A stretch of DNA of 64,000 nt, from the NCBI GenBank assembly GCA_017938725.1, contig JAGBAW010000003.1:2980-66979 (forward strand), in the 5' to 3' direction. The position numbers and the translations under genes are program-made. This stretch comes from Bacilli bacterium (GTDB lineage Bacteria > Bacillota_I > Bacilli_A > RF39 > UBA660). The notes below the pieces were generated by a model. The model was not told the DNA's origin and did not search any database. It saw nothing but the letters and a program-made list of their open reading frames with translations. This document shows positions 63,470 to 64,000 of the stretch, in pieces (the stretch's first letter is position 1; the number at the start of each line of letters is the position of its first letter).

Positions 63470-64000
63470 GCATAAATATGTTGATGATTTTATTAATTAT
63501 TTGAAATATCAAAAAAATTATTCTGATTATACTATCATAAATTATAAAAAGGATATCGATGAATATTTGTTGTTTTTGGATAATATTAAACTAAAATATA
63601 ATGAAATGGATTATAGTAAGTGCATTTTATATTTAAACTATTTAAATGTTAATAAAAATGCTAAATCAACTATATCCAGAAAACTAAGTTCTCTTAGAAC
63701 ATTATATAAATATTTGGTGTTAAATAATAAGGTGAGTTCTAATCCATTTTTATTAATTTCTTCTCCGAAAAAGGAAAAGAAAATTCCAAAATTTATTAAT
63801 TATAATAATATAGAGGAAATATTTAGTATTCCAAAGTTAGATACAAAAGAAGGAATAAGAGAAAGATTAATTCTAGAAATATTGTATGGATGTGGCATAA
63901 GAGTATCAGAACTTGTTAATATAAAAATCAAGGATATTGATTTTGATAACAAAACCATATTAATATTTGGTAAGGGAAGTAAAGAGAGAATCGTATCTTT
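63470..64000 (+). CDS. tyrosine recombinase XerC/XerD-like (5' portion; continues beyond window)
   Basis: N-terminal core-binding domain (FINYLKYQKNYSDYTI..Y..DI..YL), then the start of the catalytic domain (RERLILEILYGCGIRVSEL...). The frame is open to the window end. Confidence 0.75.

Overview
This is AT-rich, low-GC Firmicutes chromosomal DNA (Clostridium-like codon usage and gene content). The strand bias is strongly toward the + strand, as expected for leading-strand housekeeping genes.

Core genes recognised: an ABC importer (substrate-binding protein/ATPase/permease), pcrA, ligA, rplS-lepB ... rbgA-rnhB-topA, serS (T-box), miaB-ymcA, rimM-trmD-trpS, an ABC-F ATPase, polC, pheS-pheT (T-box), polA, an NfeD/SPFH pair and a partial xerC/D gene at the window end. 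No rRNA, tRNA or CRISPR was seen.

Three accessory features stand out:

1. A 5.1-kb integrated element at ~1215..6323, flanked by an 8-bp direct repeat TAAGAGAA. It carries a large serine recombinase plus a RhuM-family protein and unknown cargo genes. It splits the ABC substrate-binding protein gene; the two gene halves re-join in frame if the element is removed.

2. A compact, apparently novel RiPP-like cluster at 9736..11802. It has a near-consensus promoter, a 74-aa precursor with core GCWQQSYTSNGGDGC, a 13-bp perfect hairpin, a radical-SAM maturase (PqqD-like RRE region, Cx3Cx2C, Cys-rich SPASM-like C-terminus) and a translationally coupled GNAT-like protein. No exporter or leader protease is nearby.

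3. A ~6.3-kb accessory patch wedged between lepB and rbgA (20004..26298). Its two ends carry imperfect duplicated flanks: ~185 bp matching the 3' end of a 96-aa ORF, and ~50 bp matching the rbgA 5' end. Each flank pair brackets a different unknown gene. Between them lie several decayed genes (KilA-N, SDR, HAD fragments) and phage-type genes (DinD-like, Maf-like).

Lesser observations: a tandem pair of Cys-rich paralogs, a TrmD with a ~140-aa C-terminal extension, and a split of the canonical rimM-trmD-rplS-lepB synteny.
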